Shown here in pieces: positions 20,739 through 28,703 of a stretch of 64,000 bases of DNA (position 1 is its first letter; each line of letters opens with the position of its first letter). This DNA is from an uncultured Eubacteriales bacterium. GTDB taxonomy: Bacteria; Bacillota; Clostridia; Oscillospirales; CAG-272. The stretch lies in NCBI GenBank assembly GCA_934393265.1, contig CAKRQL010000001.1, positions 916 through 64,915 on the forward strand, in the 5' to 3' direction. The notes under the pieces were generated by a model that had not been told where the DNA came from, did no database searches, and was given only the letters and a program-made list of their open reading frames with translations. The translations under genes and the position numbers were made by a program.

Positions 20739-21617
20739 TTACTCCTGCTTTGCGGTACTGCACTCCATGTCTCCGAGCTTTCTGTATGCCAAAGGGCTCA
20801 TGCCTATATATGATTTGAATATGCGATGAAAATAGTTTACATTGCAAAAGCCGACATCATCGGCTATTTTCTGCATTGCGTCCTTTGTGTAGACAAGACG
20901 ATACAGCGCCGCATTTACGCGCTCGCCGTTTATATAATCAACCGGGGTCTTCCCCAGTGTGTCCTTGAACATCTTCGTAAAGTAGTCCGGCGAGACGCTT
21001 ATCATACCGGCGAGCTGCTCTATGTACAATTTCTCCCTCGAGTGCTCCGATATATACCCGATTACCGGACGCAGGCGCAGGACATTATGGTAGACGAGCC
21101 TGTCTGACTCGTTTTTATTACTGCAATAGAACCGCAGAAGCGCGGTCATCATAAGGTATATATTCGCGCGGATCGGCAGACGGTAGCAGACATCCTTTGC
21201 AAGGTTTTCGTCGTAGGAATCCGCCAGTGCACGCTCAAGCGCCGGGTATATCGGATGCCCCTTACCGAACGACACGCAGTGATTGCGCGACTGGACATAA
21301 AACATATAAAGAATTTCAGAGTCGAACGAATACATCCCCTCCTCCGGCAGCGACGCGGGAAAGAGCATACCGCGCACGGTCGCATGCTCCCCGTCCTCGG
21401 ACGCTACATAGAAAACCGTCCTCGGAGGTATATAGAGTATGTCGCCTGCTGAGCATGAAAACAGCTCGGTCCCTATGCGCACAGAGAGCTTTCCCTCTCT
21501 GATGTCAAGAAACTCCATACCGTCCTCGTTATACTTCGGTGGTATGAGCATCCCGTCTCCCGAAGCCGTATAAATTTGTACGCGGAAAAAATCTTTATCG
21601 TCCCTCATGTTTGCCAA
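20739..21617 (-). CDS. AraC family transcriptional regulator (cupin-like N-terminus plus HTH_AraC)
   Basis: C-terminal IADDVGFCNVNYFHRIFKSYIGMSPLAYRK. Confidence 0.85.
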   Translation of the reverse strand: MANMRDDKDFFRVQIYTASGDGMLIPPKYNEDGMEFLDIREGKLSVRIGTELFSCSAGDILYIPPRTVFYVASEDGEHATVRGMLFPASLPEEGMYSFDSEILYMFYVQSRNHCVSFGKGHPIYPALERALADSYDENLAKDVCYRLPIRANIYLMMTALLRFYCSNKNESDRLVYHNVLRLRPVIGYISEHSREKLYIEQLAGMISVSPDYFTKMFKDTLGKTPVDYINGERVNAALYRLVYTKDAMQKIADDVGFCNVNYFHRIFKSYIGMSPLAYRKLGDMECSTAKQE

Positions 21618-21772
21618 GCCTTTCGGAAAGTGCCTCCCGGCGTTTTATAACTGTATCTATTTTAGCAAAAATAATGTCGGATGTAAATAGAAAAAGGCGA
21701 TATTTTTGTATTTTTCCGTGAAAACGCGGTTTCTCCCGACTGAACCCTTTACCGGTTATACCACCGGAGCCT

Positions 21773-21913
21773 TCATTCCGGAATACAGTACTCGGTCTCG
21801 TCCCCGTCGAAGCTCTGACCTATCGGAATTATCGGGAGATGAACGGCGGAGGTGGATATTGCATCCGAGCCATCAAACGCTATAAATTCGGCAGTCGGTT
21901 TTTCGTATTCCAT
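21773..21913 (-). CDS. Candidate small ORF (46 aa)
   Basis: My own translation is MEYEKPTAEFIAFDGSDAISTSAVHLPIIPIGQSFDGDETEYCIPE. A GGAG RBS lies 7 nt upstream (ACGGAGCAGAATATG). It is too short for the track. Confidence 0.4.
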   Translation of the reverse strand: MEYEKPTAEFIAFDGSDAISTSAVHLPIIPIGQSFDGDETEYCIPE

Positions 21914-22066
21914 ATTCTGCTCCGTAACAAAAAGATTTGTGTAAAACTTTTTATATCATGTATAGTATTGTAGCGCAAAACAGATAAAAATGCAACACTT
22001 TTCCGGAATAATGCTTCCGTATCTGCTTAATGTAATTAAGAAAAAGAGTTTTTTTCGGAAATTCTA

Positions 22067-22095
22067 TTGCAAAATCCGGATTTTTATGATAGAAT
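22067..22095 (+). promoter_or_regulatory. Sigma-A-type promoter upstream of tRNA-Ser
   Basis: TTGCAA, 17 nt, TAGAAT, with an extended -10 TG (TATGATAGAAT). Confidence 0.5.
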
Positions 22096-22110
22096 GGGAA
22101 AGTAAGTTTG

Positions 22111-22190
22111 TACGGACAGGTATTTCGCTTCGCGAATGTTGCGAAGTGGATTCGACCTTCGGTCGAGTCTTCGATACCTTAGCCCGTATT
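22111..22190 (+). other. tRNA-Ser-derived structured leader or degenerate tRNA copy
   Basis: TACGGACAGGTAT (22111-22123) repeats the tRNA 5' end (22202-22214). CGAAGTGG is also shared. CTTCGATACCT (22169-22179) is the perfect reverse complement of tRNA nt 22209-22219. Confidence 0.4.
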
Positions 22191-22204
22191 CACAAAGTTC
22201 ATAC

Positions 22205-22293
22205 GGACAGGTATCGAAGTGGTCATAACGGCCCTGACTCGAAATCAGGTAGCCCTCACGGGCTCGTGGGTTCGAATCCCACCCTGTCCGCCA
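22205..22293 (+). tRNA. tRNA-Ser (anticodon CGA), CCA encoded
   Basis: Acceptor GGACAGG/CCTGTCC, anticodon arm CCTGA-CTCGAAA-TCAGG, long variable arm GCCC-TCAC-GGGC, T arm GTGGG-TTCGAAT-CCCAC, 3' GCCA. Confidence 0.9.
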
Positions 22294-22355
22294 AGGCGGG
22301 CTGTTGCATTTTTATTGCGACAGCCCTTTTATTATACCGTCGGAGGATAACTGCA

Positions 22356-22790
22356 ATGAAAATTTCATCAAAGGGGCGGTACGCTCTCCGGATGCTGCTC
22401 GACCTTGCGGAGCACCGGAACTGCGGGTGCATTGCCTTAAAGGATATTGCCGACCGGCAGGGGATATCTAAAAAGTATCTCGAACAGATAATCCCGACAT
22501 TCACAAAGTCCGGGATATTGAAAACCGTGCGCGGTCCGCAGGGTGGCTATCAGCTCACAAAATCGCCGGACAGCTGTACCGTAGGCGAAATACTCCGTCT
22601 GACGGAGGGTCCGCTCTTCCCCGTCTTATCCGACGATGATCCGGGGTCTCCCGGCTCGGGCGAGGACTTTGCCATAGCTTCAGTGTGGCAGGGGCTCAGT
22701 GATGTTGTTACGGAATATCTTGACGGCATTACATTACAGGACATAATCAACAAGCGCGGAGAGCAGACCGCAAACGACTACATAATATAA
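22356..22790 (+). CDS. Rrf2 family transcriptional regulator (CymR/IscR-like)
   Basis: MKISSKGRYALRMLLDLA..IALKDIADRQGISKKYLEQI..GPQGGYQL. Confidence 0.9.
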   Translation: MKISSKGRYALRMLLDLAEHRNCGCIALKDIADRQGISKKYLEQIIPTFTKSGILKTVRGPQGGYQLTKSPDSCTVGEILRLTEGPLFPVLSDDDPGSPGSGEDFAIASVWQGLSDVVTEYLDGITLQDIINKRGEQTANDYII

Positions 22791-22859
22791 ATATGAAAGC
22801 GACGCCGGAGAAGCAGCAAACCTCTCCGGCGTCGTATTTTACTAATTGCGCTATTCCGC

Positions 22860-23789
22860 TTACTCGGTAAACATAGGTGTTGACAGATACCTCTCGCCGG
22901 TATCCGGAAGAAGGGCGACTATAATCTTCCCTTTATTCTCCGGGCGCCTCGCGAGCTCTGCGGCAGCGAATACCGCGGCTCCGGAAGAAATTCCTACGAG
23001 GAGCCCCTCCCGCCTTGCGAGCGTCCTACCGGTCTCAAAGGCGTCCTCGTTTTCAACGGTGATGATTTCGTCGTATACCTTCGTATTGAGAGTGTCCGGG
23101 ACAAATCCGGCGCCTATGCCCTGAATTTTATGGGGTCCGGGTGTGCCCTTTGAGAGGACGGGAGAGCCTGCCGGCTCTACGGCGACGACCTTTACTCCGG
23201 GATTTTTGCTCTTCAGGTATTTTCCTACGCCCGAGAGGGTGCCGCCTGTGCCGACGCCGGCTACAAATATATCAACCTTTCCGTCGGTATCGTTCCATAT
23301 CTCGGGTCCCGTGGTGCGAAAATGCGCCTCCGGGTTTGCCATATTGGTAAATTGGCTCGGAATAAAGCTGCCGGGGGTCCCGTCGGCGAGCTCCTGCGCC
23401 TTTGCGATAGCGCCCTTCATTCCCTTTGCTCCCTCGGTCAGAACTATGCTTGCGCCGTAAGCCTTCAGAAGATTTCTGCGCTCGACGCTCATCGTCTCCG
23501 GCATTGTAAGGATAACCTTATACCCTCTCGATGCGGCGACGGCAGCAAGTCCTATACCGGTGTTTCCGCTCGTCGGCTCTATGATAACAGCACCCGGTTT
23601 CAGAAGTCCCCTGCTCTCCGCGTCGTCAAGCATTGCCTTTGCAATTCTGTCCTTTACGCTCCCGGCGGGGTTGAAATACTCGAGCTTTCCGTACACATCT
23701 GCGCCGAGGTGATGGTCGTTTATATAATTTGTGAGCTTCATCAGCGGTGTTCCGCCTATGAGGTCTGTAATTCTGTCATATGTTTTCAT
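22860..23789 (-). CDS. cysK: Cysteine synthase A (O-acetylserine sulfhydrylase)
   Basis: 309 aa with NPAGSVKDR (PLP lysine) and [14 protein letters not shown] is AAGGAG. Confidence 0.95.
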   Translation of the reverse strand: MKTYDRITDLIGGTPLMKLTNYINDHHLGADVYGKLEYFNPAGSVKDRIAKAMLDDAESRGLLKPGAVIIEPTSGNTGIGLAAVAASRGYKVILTMPETMSVERRNLLKAYGASIVLTEGAKGMKGAIAKAQELADGTPGSFIPSQFTNMANPEAHFRTTGPEIWNDTDGKVDIFVAGVGTGGTLSGVGKYLKSKNPGVKVVAVEPAGSPVLSKGTPGPHKIQGIGAGFVPDTLNTKVYDEIITVENEDAFETGRTLARREGLLVGISSGAAVFAAAELARRPENKGKIIVALLPDTGERYLSTPMFTE

Positions 23790-23911
23790 GATTGTTATCT
23801 CCTTATCTCGTTTTTATCCCTTGATTTACGGACTTATCGTTTTTCGGTTACCACAATGTCAACATCGGAAATCCTTGTGAATCTCTCTCATTAATTTGTC
23901 CCCCGCTAATT

Positions 23912-23932
23912 AACCGATATAACATATCGGTT
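23912..23932. promoter_or_regulatory. Perfect palindrome at the predicted cysK transcription start (candidate operator)
   Basis: AACCGATAT-AAC-ATATCGGTT (9-bp arms), immediately downstream of the -10 of the cysK promoter. Confidence 0.4.
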
Positions 23933-23940
23933 TTGTAGGT

Positions 23941-23969
23941 ATTATAGCATACATGCCTTTTTTTGTCAA
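23941..23969 (-). promoter_or_regulatory. Sigma-A promoter of cysK
   Basis: The minus strand reads TTGACA, 17 nt, TATAAT (consensus hexamers). Confidence 0.6.
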
Positions 23970-23989
23970 GTGAAACGGAGAAAAATACC

Positions 23990-24043
23990 GAAAAAAAATA
24001 AAACCGGCTGCCGCGAAGGGGCATAACCACCCCGCGACAGCCG
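23990..24043 (-). terminator. Rho-independent terminator after the heparinase-like gene
   Basis: GC-rich imperfect stem CCGGCTGCCGCGAAGGGG/CCCCGCGACAGCCG. The minus-strand transcript continues with TTTTATTTTTTTT. Confidence 0.6.
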
Positions 24044-24117
24044 CAAAAGCCGGATTATTTTCAGTATTCCGCATTTTTTTGATGTTGCCAAAGGCTGTCA
24101 ATCCGCCCCCCTTTCCG

Positions 24118-25932
24118 TCACGATGTGAAGGTGAGAGTGAATTTTCCTTCCTTTATTTTCTTTCTGAGGTGTATGCGCCAGAGGGTCTCGCTCTTCCAGT
24201 TTCTCTTCATTCTGTCATCATTCACCAAAAACTCCTCTACCTCTATTGCGAGCGAGGGGTCGAAGGTCATAGTGACGCCCTCCGGCAGTGCAACGGAGTT
24301 TCCGTTTACGGTCGGCGCCGCACAGGTCATGATATGGAAGTCAACCTCCTTTTCACTGTCGAGAGAAAGCGCATCGGTGACTGTGACGGTGCCTCCGGAG
24401 AGCGCGCAGGAACGGACGTAGGAGATTATGCCCGCCTCAGCCGGATAGGCTCCGCGGAGCTCCTCACTGAGCGCCCCTGTCTCCTCGTTATATTTCTCGT
24501 CAGATGCGCGGAAGCCTCTGCCCTGCCGCTCTGCCACTCCGCCGATGTCAGGGAGATTATGATAAGATGACTGCATGAACCAGAGCTTATATCTGTCCTT
24601 GGAGAAGGTCTGCCTTGTGTAGGTGCCGACGCCGGTATCTATTACAACCGGATTTCCGTTACGGTAAATTATAAAGTTACCTATATCATTATGGTTGTGG
24701 CTCTCGTCGTTATGTCCGCCTTTCATGGCAAGGAACATACCGACGGCGGAGTCAGTGCTCTCGCGGGCAGTCATAACGCCGAGACCGGGGAGATATGCCT
24801 TTGTCACAACATGGCACTCCGGCTTCGTTTTTACAGCCGGGGTCATAAGGTTGCGGAGAACGCGGTACATGTGCGACTGACTGAAGAAGAACGCGCCGGT
24901 ATACGAATATCCGTCGCCGAGCGAGCAGAGAGACTCTGAACCGCATTTCTCACCCCAGCGGCGGAGCAGTGCCCCGTCCATATGACAGAACGGGTCGTTA
25001 TCCGCGAAGTTCACCGCGCGATCACCGTTTATATTGATAACGACGGCATACTCGCCTATTTTGCGAACGGCGGGGTCATCATAAAGATTTGCCCTGCCGC
25101 CTGTGATGTCGAATATCAGCTCAAGGCAGTCGAAGAACGACGCGCCGGCGGCGCCAAAATATCCCGGTCCCTCGTCACATCCGCCGTCCTCCGGGTAGTT
25201 CATTATCCAGTTATCGAGATAACGCATGGCGCGGGTAAGGAACATGTTTCTGCGGTAGCTGTCGCGGACGGTGAGCCCCATGACAATAAGAGCGTTTGAA
25301 ATTATCCACGGGTTCCAGTTGTTGACTGTTCTTCCGCTGTTGCCTGTCCACCAGAAATCGCTGACAAGGAACGGGGTCACAAGGCGCTTATCAAGCGTCC
25401 AGAGAATTTTTTCGCATATAGCGGGAGATATTGTGTCTAGCGCATCGTGGCAGAGGTAATACGCCATAGCGAGGTCGGCAGAGGTCGTCGCGCCGAAGAG
25501 CGCGATTCCGTGCATACGGTCGCCGAACACCTTAGGCACACCGGGCTCGCCGTACAGCGGAGCCAGATAGGAATGTGCGGGAAGGAGCCATGTGCTCTCC
25601 TCAAGTATCGCCCAGATGACATCCGCGAGCTTCTCGGTAAATCTTCCCTTTCTCTCATAGCTCTCCGCATACATCAGAGCTATCAGCATATCACGGCGGG
25701 TGAAGTAAAGGCTCTCAAAGTTTTCGCGGTTGCCGTTCACCGAAAACTCACAGTACAGGGACAGCGGGAGAAACGGAATATCCTGCGTAAGCGCGCGCTC
25801 TGCTTTTTCCATTACCGTTTTCATTTTTTCGGGGTCAAGAGTTATCTTTCCGACATCGGACGCGAGGCGGAAATCGTCATACGGGAGCGCGGGCATCCCG
25901 TAAAGACCATGCTTTTCAAAAATTCTGTCCAT
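24118..25932 (-). CDS. Heparinase II/III-like (polysaccharide lyase-like) protein
   Basis: 604 aa. The GGHNDESHNHNDIGNFIIY segment resembles the heparinase II/III C-terminal signature. The protein is alpha/alpha-toroid-like in length and has no signal peptide. Confidence 0.55.
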   Translation of the reverse strand: MDRIFEKHGLYGMPALPYDDFRLASDVGKITLDPEKMKTVMEKAERALTQDIPFLPLSLYCEFSVNGNRENFESLYFTRRDMLIALMYAESYERKGRFTEKLADVIWAILEESTWLLPAHSYLAPLYGEPGVPKVFGDRMHGIALFGATTSADLAMAYYLCHDALDTISPAICEKILWTLDKRLVTPFLVSDFWWTGNSGRTVNNWNPWIISNALIVMGLTVRDSYRRNMFLTRAMRYLDNWIMNYPEDGGCDEGPGYFGAAGASFFDCLELIFDITGGRANLYDDPAVRKIGEYAVVININGDRAVNFADNDPFCHMDGALLRRWGEKCGSESLCSLGDGYSYTGAFFFSQSHMYRVLRNLMTPAVKTKPECHVVTKAYLPGLGVMTARESTDSAVGMFLAMKGGHNDESHNHNDIGNFIIYRNGNPVVIDTGVGTYTRQTFSKDRYKLWFMQSSYHNLPDIGGVAERQGRGFRASDEKYNEETGALSEELRGAYPAEAGIISYVRSCALSGGTVTVTDALSLDSEKEVDFHIMTCAAPTVNGNSVALPEGVTMTFDPSLAIEVEEFLVNDDRMKRNWKSETLWRIHLRKKIKEGKFTLTFTS

Positions 25933-26179
25933 AATTTTTCCCTCTCTTATTCTTTCTCAAAAAATATTTCTTTTTACTGCGACAAGACAGCTGCAACCGT
26001 TCAGGTCGTCGGGGAAAAAATATTACCCCCCGTCCGGAACATAGTCGTCCCCGGCTCATGACCCGTGTATGAGTGTTATATAAAGGCGCCGACACGTTTT
26101 TTCTGCTTACCAGTCAAATTTCATTAACATCGGGTGTATTAAATGTGTGCTGTACGCGCCGCATTTCCCCGACACCCCG

Positions 26180-26208
26180 ATTATATAATATACACGAATG
26201 AATGTCAA
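26180..26208 (-). promoter_or_regulatory. Sigma-A promoter about 240 nt upstream of the heparinase-like gene
   Basis: The minus strand reads TTGACA, 17 nt, TATAAT. Confidence 0.5.
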
Positions 26209-26212
26209 GAAC

Positions 26213-26239
26213 AAAAGGAGCCCTCGCGGACTCCTTTTT
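26213..26239 (-). terminator. Terminator after the 112-aa ORF (A/T-flanked hairpin)
   Basis: AAAAGGAGCC-CTCGCG-GACTCCTTTTT. Confidence 0.55.
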
Positions 26240-26249
26240 ATGTTCTGTA

Positions 26250-26588
26250 TCAGAATTCCTCCTGGGAGGATTTGTGCTCCTCATCCTCATCTGCCTCGGG
26301 GAGAATCTCCTTACCGGGAATTACTATTCCCTTTTTCATGGCGCGGAGGTTTTCCTCCTCCTTCTCCGCCCTGATGCGCTCCCTTGCCGTTCTCTCCGCC
26401 TCTATATCGGCGAGTATCTCCGGAGAAAGCGTGCCGTCTGTCAGCGTCATGTAATTTTCAAAAACATCCGGATATACAAATATCTTCTGAAACTTATCAA
26501 ATTTTACAGTGATATACTTCCCGTTTTTGGACACCACATGTCCCGCGCCGAACGACTTATGCATTACCGCCAAATTGTCGAATAGCAT
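26250..26588 (-). CDS. Hypothetical protein (N-terminal Tudor/DUF3553-like beta segment, acidic tail)
   Basis: VMHKSFGAGHVVSKNGKYITVKFDK resembles the VxHxxFGxGxV...I.V.F module seen at UvrD/PcrA C-termini. This rests on my recollection only. Confidence 0.5.
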   Translation of the reverse strand: MLFDNLAVMHKSFGAGHVVSKNGKYITVKFDKFQKIFVYPDVFENYMTLTDGTLSPEILADIEAERTARERIRAEKEEENLRAMKKGIVIPGKEILPEADEDEEHKSSQEEF

Positions 26589-26773
26589 GCGTTATATTAC
26601 CTCTTTATGATTAGTGTATAAATTTATCCTCTGTATAAAGCGTGCACTATTGTAGCAGATAATTGTTTCAAAAGTATGAACAAAACAAATCTTTTATTTT
26701 TATTTTAGAGATAAACATACACTTTATACCAGTCTATTATGCGAGTGAGGAAAAATGTGTGCCCAAAAGCAAT

Positions 26774-26806
26774 AAAAAGCCGCGCGAAAATCATCTTCCG
26801 CGCGGC
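26774..26806 (-). terminator. Rho-independent terminator downstream of gpmI
   Basis: GCCGCGCG..CGCGCGGC stem. The minus-strand transcript continues with TTTTTATTGCTTTT. Confidence 0.6.
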
Positions 26807-26833
26807 TACTGAAATTAAATTTTAGTTTTTATA

Positions 26834-26884
26834 TATATACGGCAAGTCCCGTGAACGGCGATTATTACCGAATCTGCGACGCCG
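26834..26884. repeat. Direct repeat, copy 1 (51 nt)
   Basis: TATATACGGCAAGTCCCGTGAACGGCGATTATTACCGAATCTG is identical to copy 2 over 43 nt, and the next 8 nt differ at 2 positions. Confidence 0.85.
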
Positions 26885-26939
26885 TCCGGCAAAACAGATT
26901 CGAGGAAGAATTGTCTGTTTGCGGGGCGACAGCCGTATT

Positions 26940-26990
26940 TATATACGGCAAGTCCCGTGAACGGCGATTATTACCGAATCTGTGAAGCCG
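26940..26990. repeat. Direct repeat, copy 2 (51 nt), abutting the gpmI stop codon
   Basis: Same sequence as 26834-26884, with a 106-bp period. Confidence 0.85.
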
Positions 26991-26992
26991 GA

Positions 26993-28642
26993 TCAGAGCT
27001 CTACCATGGATTCGTCCCACATCTGCGGCGCCTCATATCCGAGAAGATTTACCGTAGTTGCAGCGACGGAGGAGAGACCGAAGTCACCTCTCCCGACCTT
27101 TACACGGTACTTATCCGATGTGAAGTTGTCGTAGACTATGAACGGAACGGGGTTCAGAGTATGGCTGGTTTTCGCCTTAGGGCTACCGTCCTTGTTGTGC
27201 TTCGCCTCTCCGGTCTTTTTGTCTATCTCGTACATCTCATCCGCGTTTCCGTGATCGGCGGTTATGAGAGCGGCACCGTGCAGCTCGTCAACCACGCGGA
27301 GAAGGCGCGCAAGCTGAAGGTCAAGAGCCTCCATCGAGCACTCCGTCGCCGGGAAGGAGCCGGTGTGCCCCACCATATCCCCGTTCGGAAAATTGACGCG
27401 GAGGTATTTATACTTTCCGGAGCGCAGACACTCTATAAGCTTATCGGTTATCTCCGCACACTTCATCCACGGGCGCTGTTCAAACGGGACGACATCGGAG
27501 GGAACCTCTATATACGTTTCGAGCTCCTCGGAGAATTTACCGGACCTGTTACCGTTCCAGAAGTAGGTTACGTGCCCGAATTTCTGTGTCTCGGAGATTG
27601 CAAGCTCGTTTATTCCGGCGGATACAAGATACTCTGTCTGAGTATTCGTTATCTCCGGGGGATTTACAAGATAGTTATGCGGTACATGGAGGTCGCCGTC
27701 ATACTCAAGCATACCGGCATAAAGGACATCGGGGACGCGCTTGCGGTCGAATTTATCAAAGTCAGCCCCGCCCTCAAACGCCTTTGAGATCTCTATCGCA
27801 CGGTCACCGCGGAAGTTGAAGAACACGACGCTGTCGCCGTCCTCAATGGTTCCGACCGGCTTCCCGTCCTTTGCTATAACGAACGGAGGAAGGTCCTGGT
27901 CTATGACATGATACTCGTCACGGTAGGTCTTTACCGCGTCCTCTGCGGTGGCAAACTGCCGCCCCTCGCCGAGAACATGTGTCTCCCAACCGAGCTTTAC
28001 CATATTCCAGTTAGCCTCGTATCTGTCCATGGTTATCTGCATTCGCCCGCCGCCGGAGGCTATCATAACATCGAAATCCGGCGAACGGAGACCGTCAAGG
28101 AACTCCTCAAAAGGACGGATATATTCAAGTGCGCTCGTCTCCCCGACATCGCGCCCGTCAAGGAGAATGTGTATTCTCACGCGGTGAGTGCCCTCGGTCT
28201 TTGCCTCTGTAACCATAGCCTTCAGGTGGTCGATATGAGAATGAACGTTTCCGTCGGAGAAAAGCCCTATGAAGTGAAGCGTGCCGCCGTTTGCGACGCG
28301 GGCGGTAAGCGACTTCCATGTTTCCGACTCAAATATCTTGCCGGATGCAATTGAATTTGAAACGAGCTTCGCGCCCTGTGCAAACACCTGACCGGAGCCG
28401 AGAGCGTTATGCCCCACTTCCGAGTTTCCCATATCGTCGTCCGTCGGTAGACCTACTGCCGTGCCGTGCGCCTTTATCGCAAGGTGCGGATAGTCTCGCA
28501 TAAGACGGTCGAGGGTCGGGGTATCTGCCGCCATAACCGCGTTTCCGTCCTTATTCTTCGAGAGACCGACGCCGTCCATAACGATGGTGAGAAGGGGTCC
28601 CTCAACTCCGGAAAATTTAGATGATTTTTTGAGCTGTACCAT
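26993..28642 (-). CDS. gpmI: 2,3-bisphosphoglycerate-independent phosphoglycerate mutase (long form)
   Basis: LLTIVMDGVGL..EVGHNALGSG..ITADHGNADEM are typical iPGAM motifs. Start set at MVQLKK. An alternative ATG is at 28657. Confidence 0.9.
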   Translation of the reverse strand: MVQLKKSSKFSGVEGPLLTIVMDGVGLSKNKDGNAVMAADTPTLDRLMRDYPHLAIKAHGTAVGLPTDDDMGNSEVGHNALGSGQVFAQGAKLVSNSIASGKIFESETWKSLTARVANGGTLHFIGLFSDGNVHSHIDHLKAMVTEAKTEGTHRVRIHILLDGRDVGETSALEYIRPFEEFLDGLRSPDFDVMIASGGGRMQITMDRYEANWNMVKLGWETHVLGEGRQFATAEDAVKTYRDEYHVIDQDLPPFVIAKDGKPVGTIEDGDSVVFFNFRGDRAIEISKAFEGGADFDKFDRKRVPDVLYAGMLEYDGDLHVPHNYLVNPPEITNTQTEYLVSAGINELAISETQKFGHVTYFWNGNRSGKFSEELETYIEVPSDVVPFEQRPWMKCAEITDKLIECLRSGKYKYLRVNFPNGDMVGHTGSFPATECSMEALDLQLARLLRVVDELHGAALITADHGNADEMYEIDKKTGEAKHNKDGSPKAKTSHTLNPVPFIVYDNFTSDKYRVKVGRGDFGLSSVAATTVNLLGYEAPQMWDESMVEL

Positions 28643-28703
28643 ATTTCTGCCTTTCATTTTGTATGAAAAATATAATTTTATTAGCTACTTAATACGTGGG
28701 GCG

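Noticed and set aside
21990-22355. N-terminal 122 aa of track ORF 21990-22790
   Set aside because: This part reads straight through the tRNA-Ser gene and its promoter. The Rrf2 domain begins at MKISSKG (22356).
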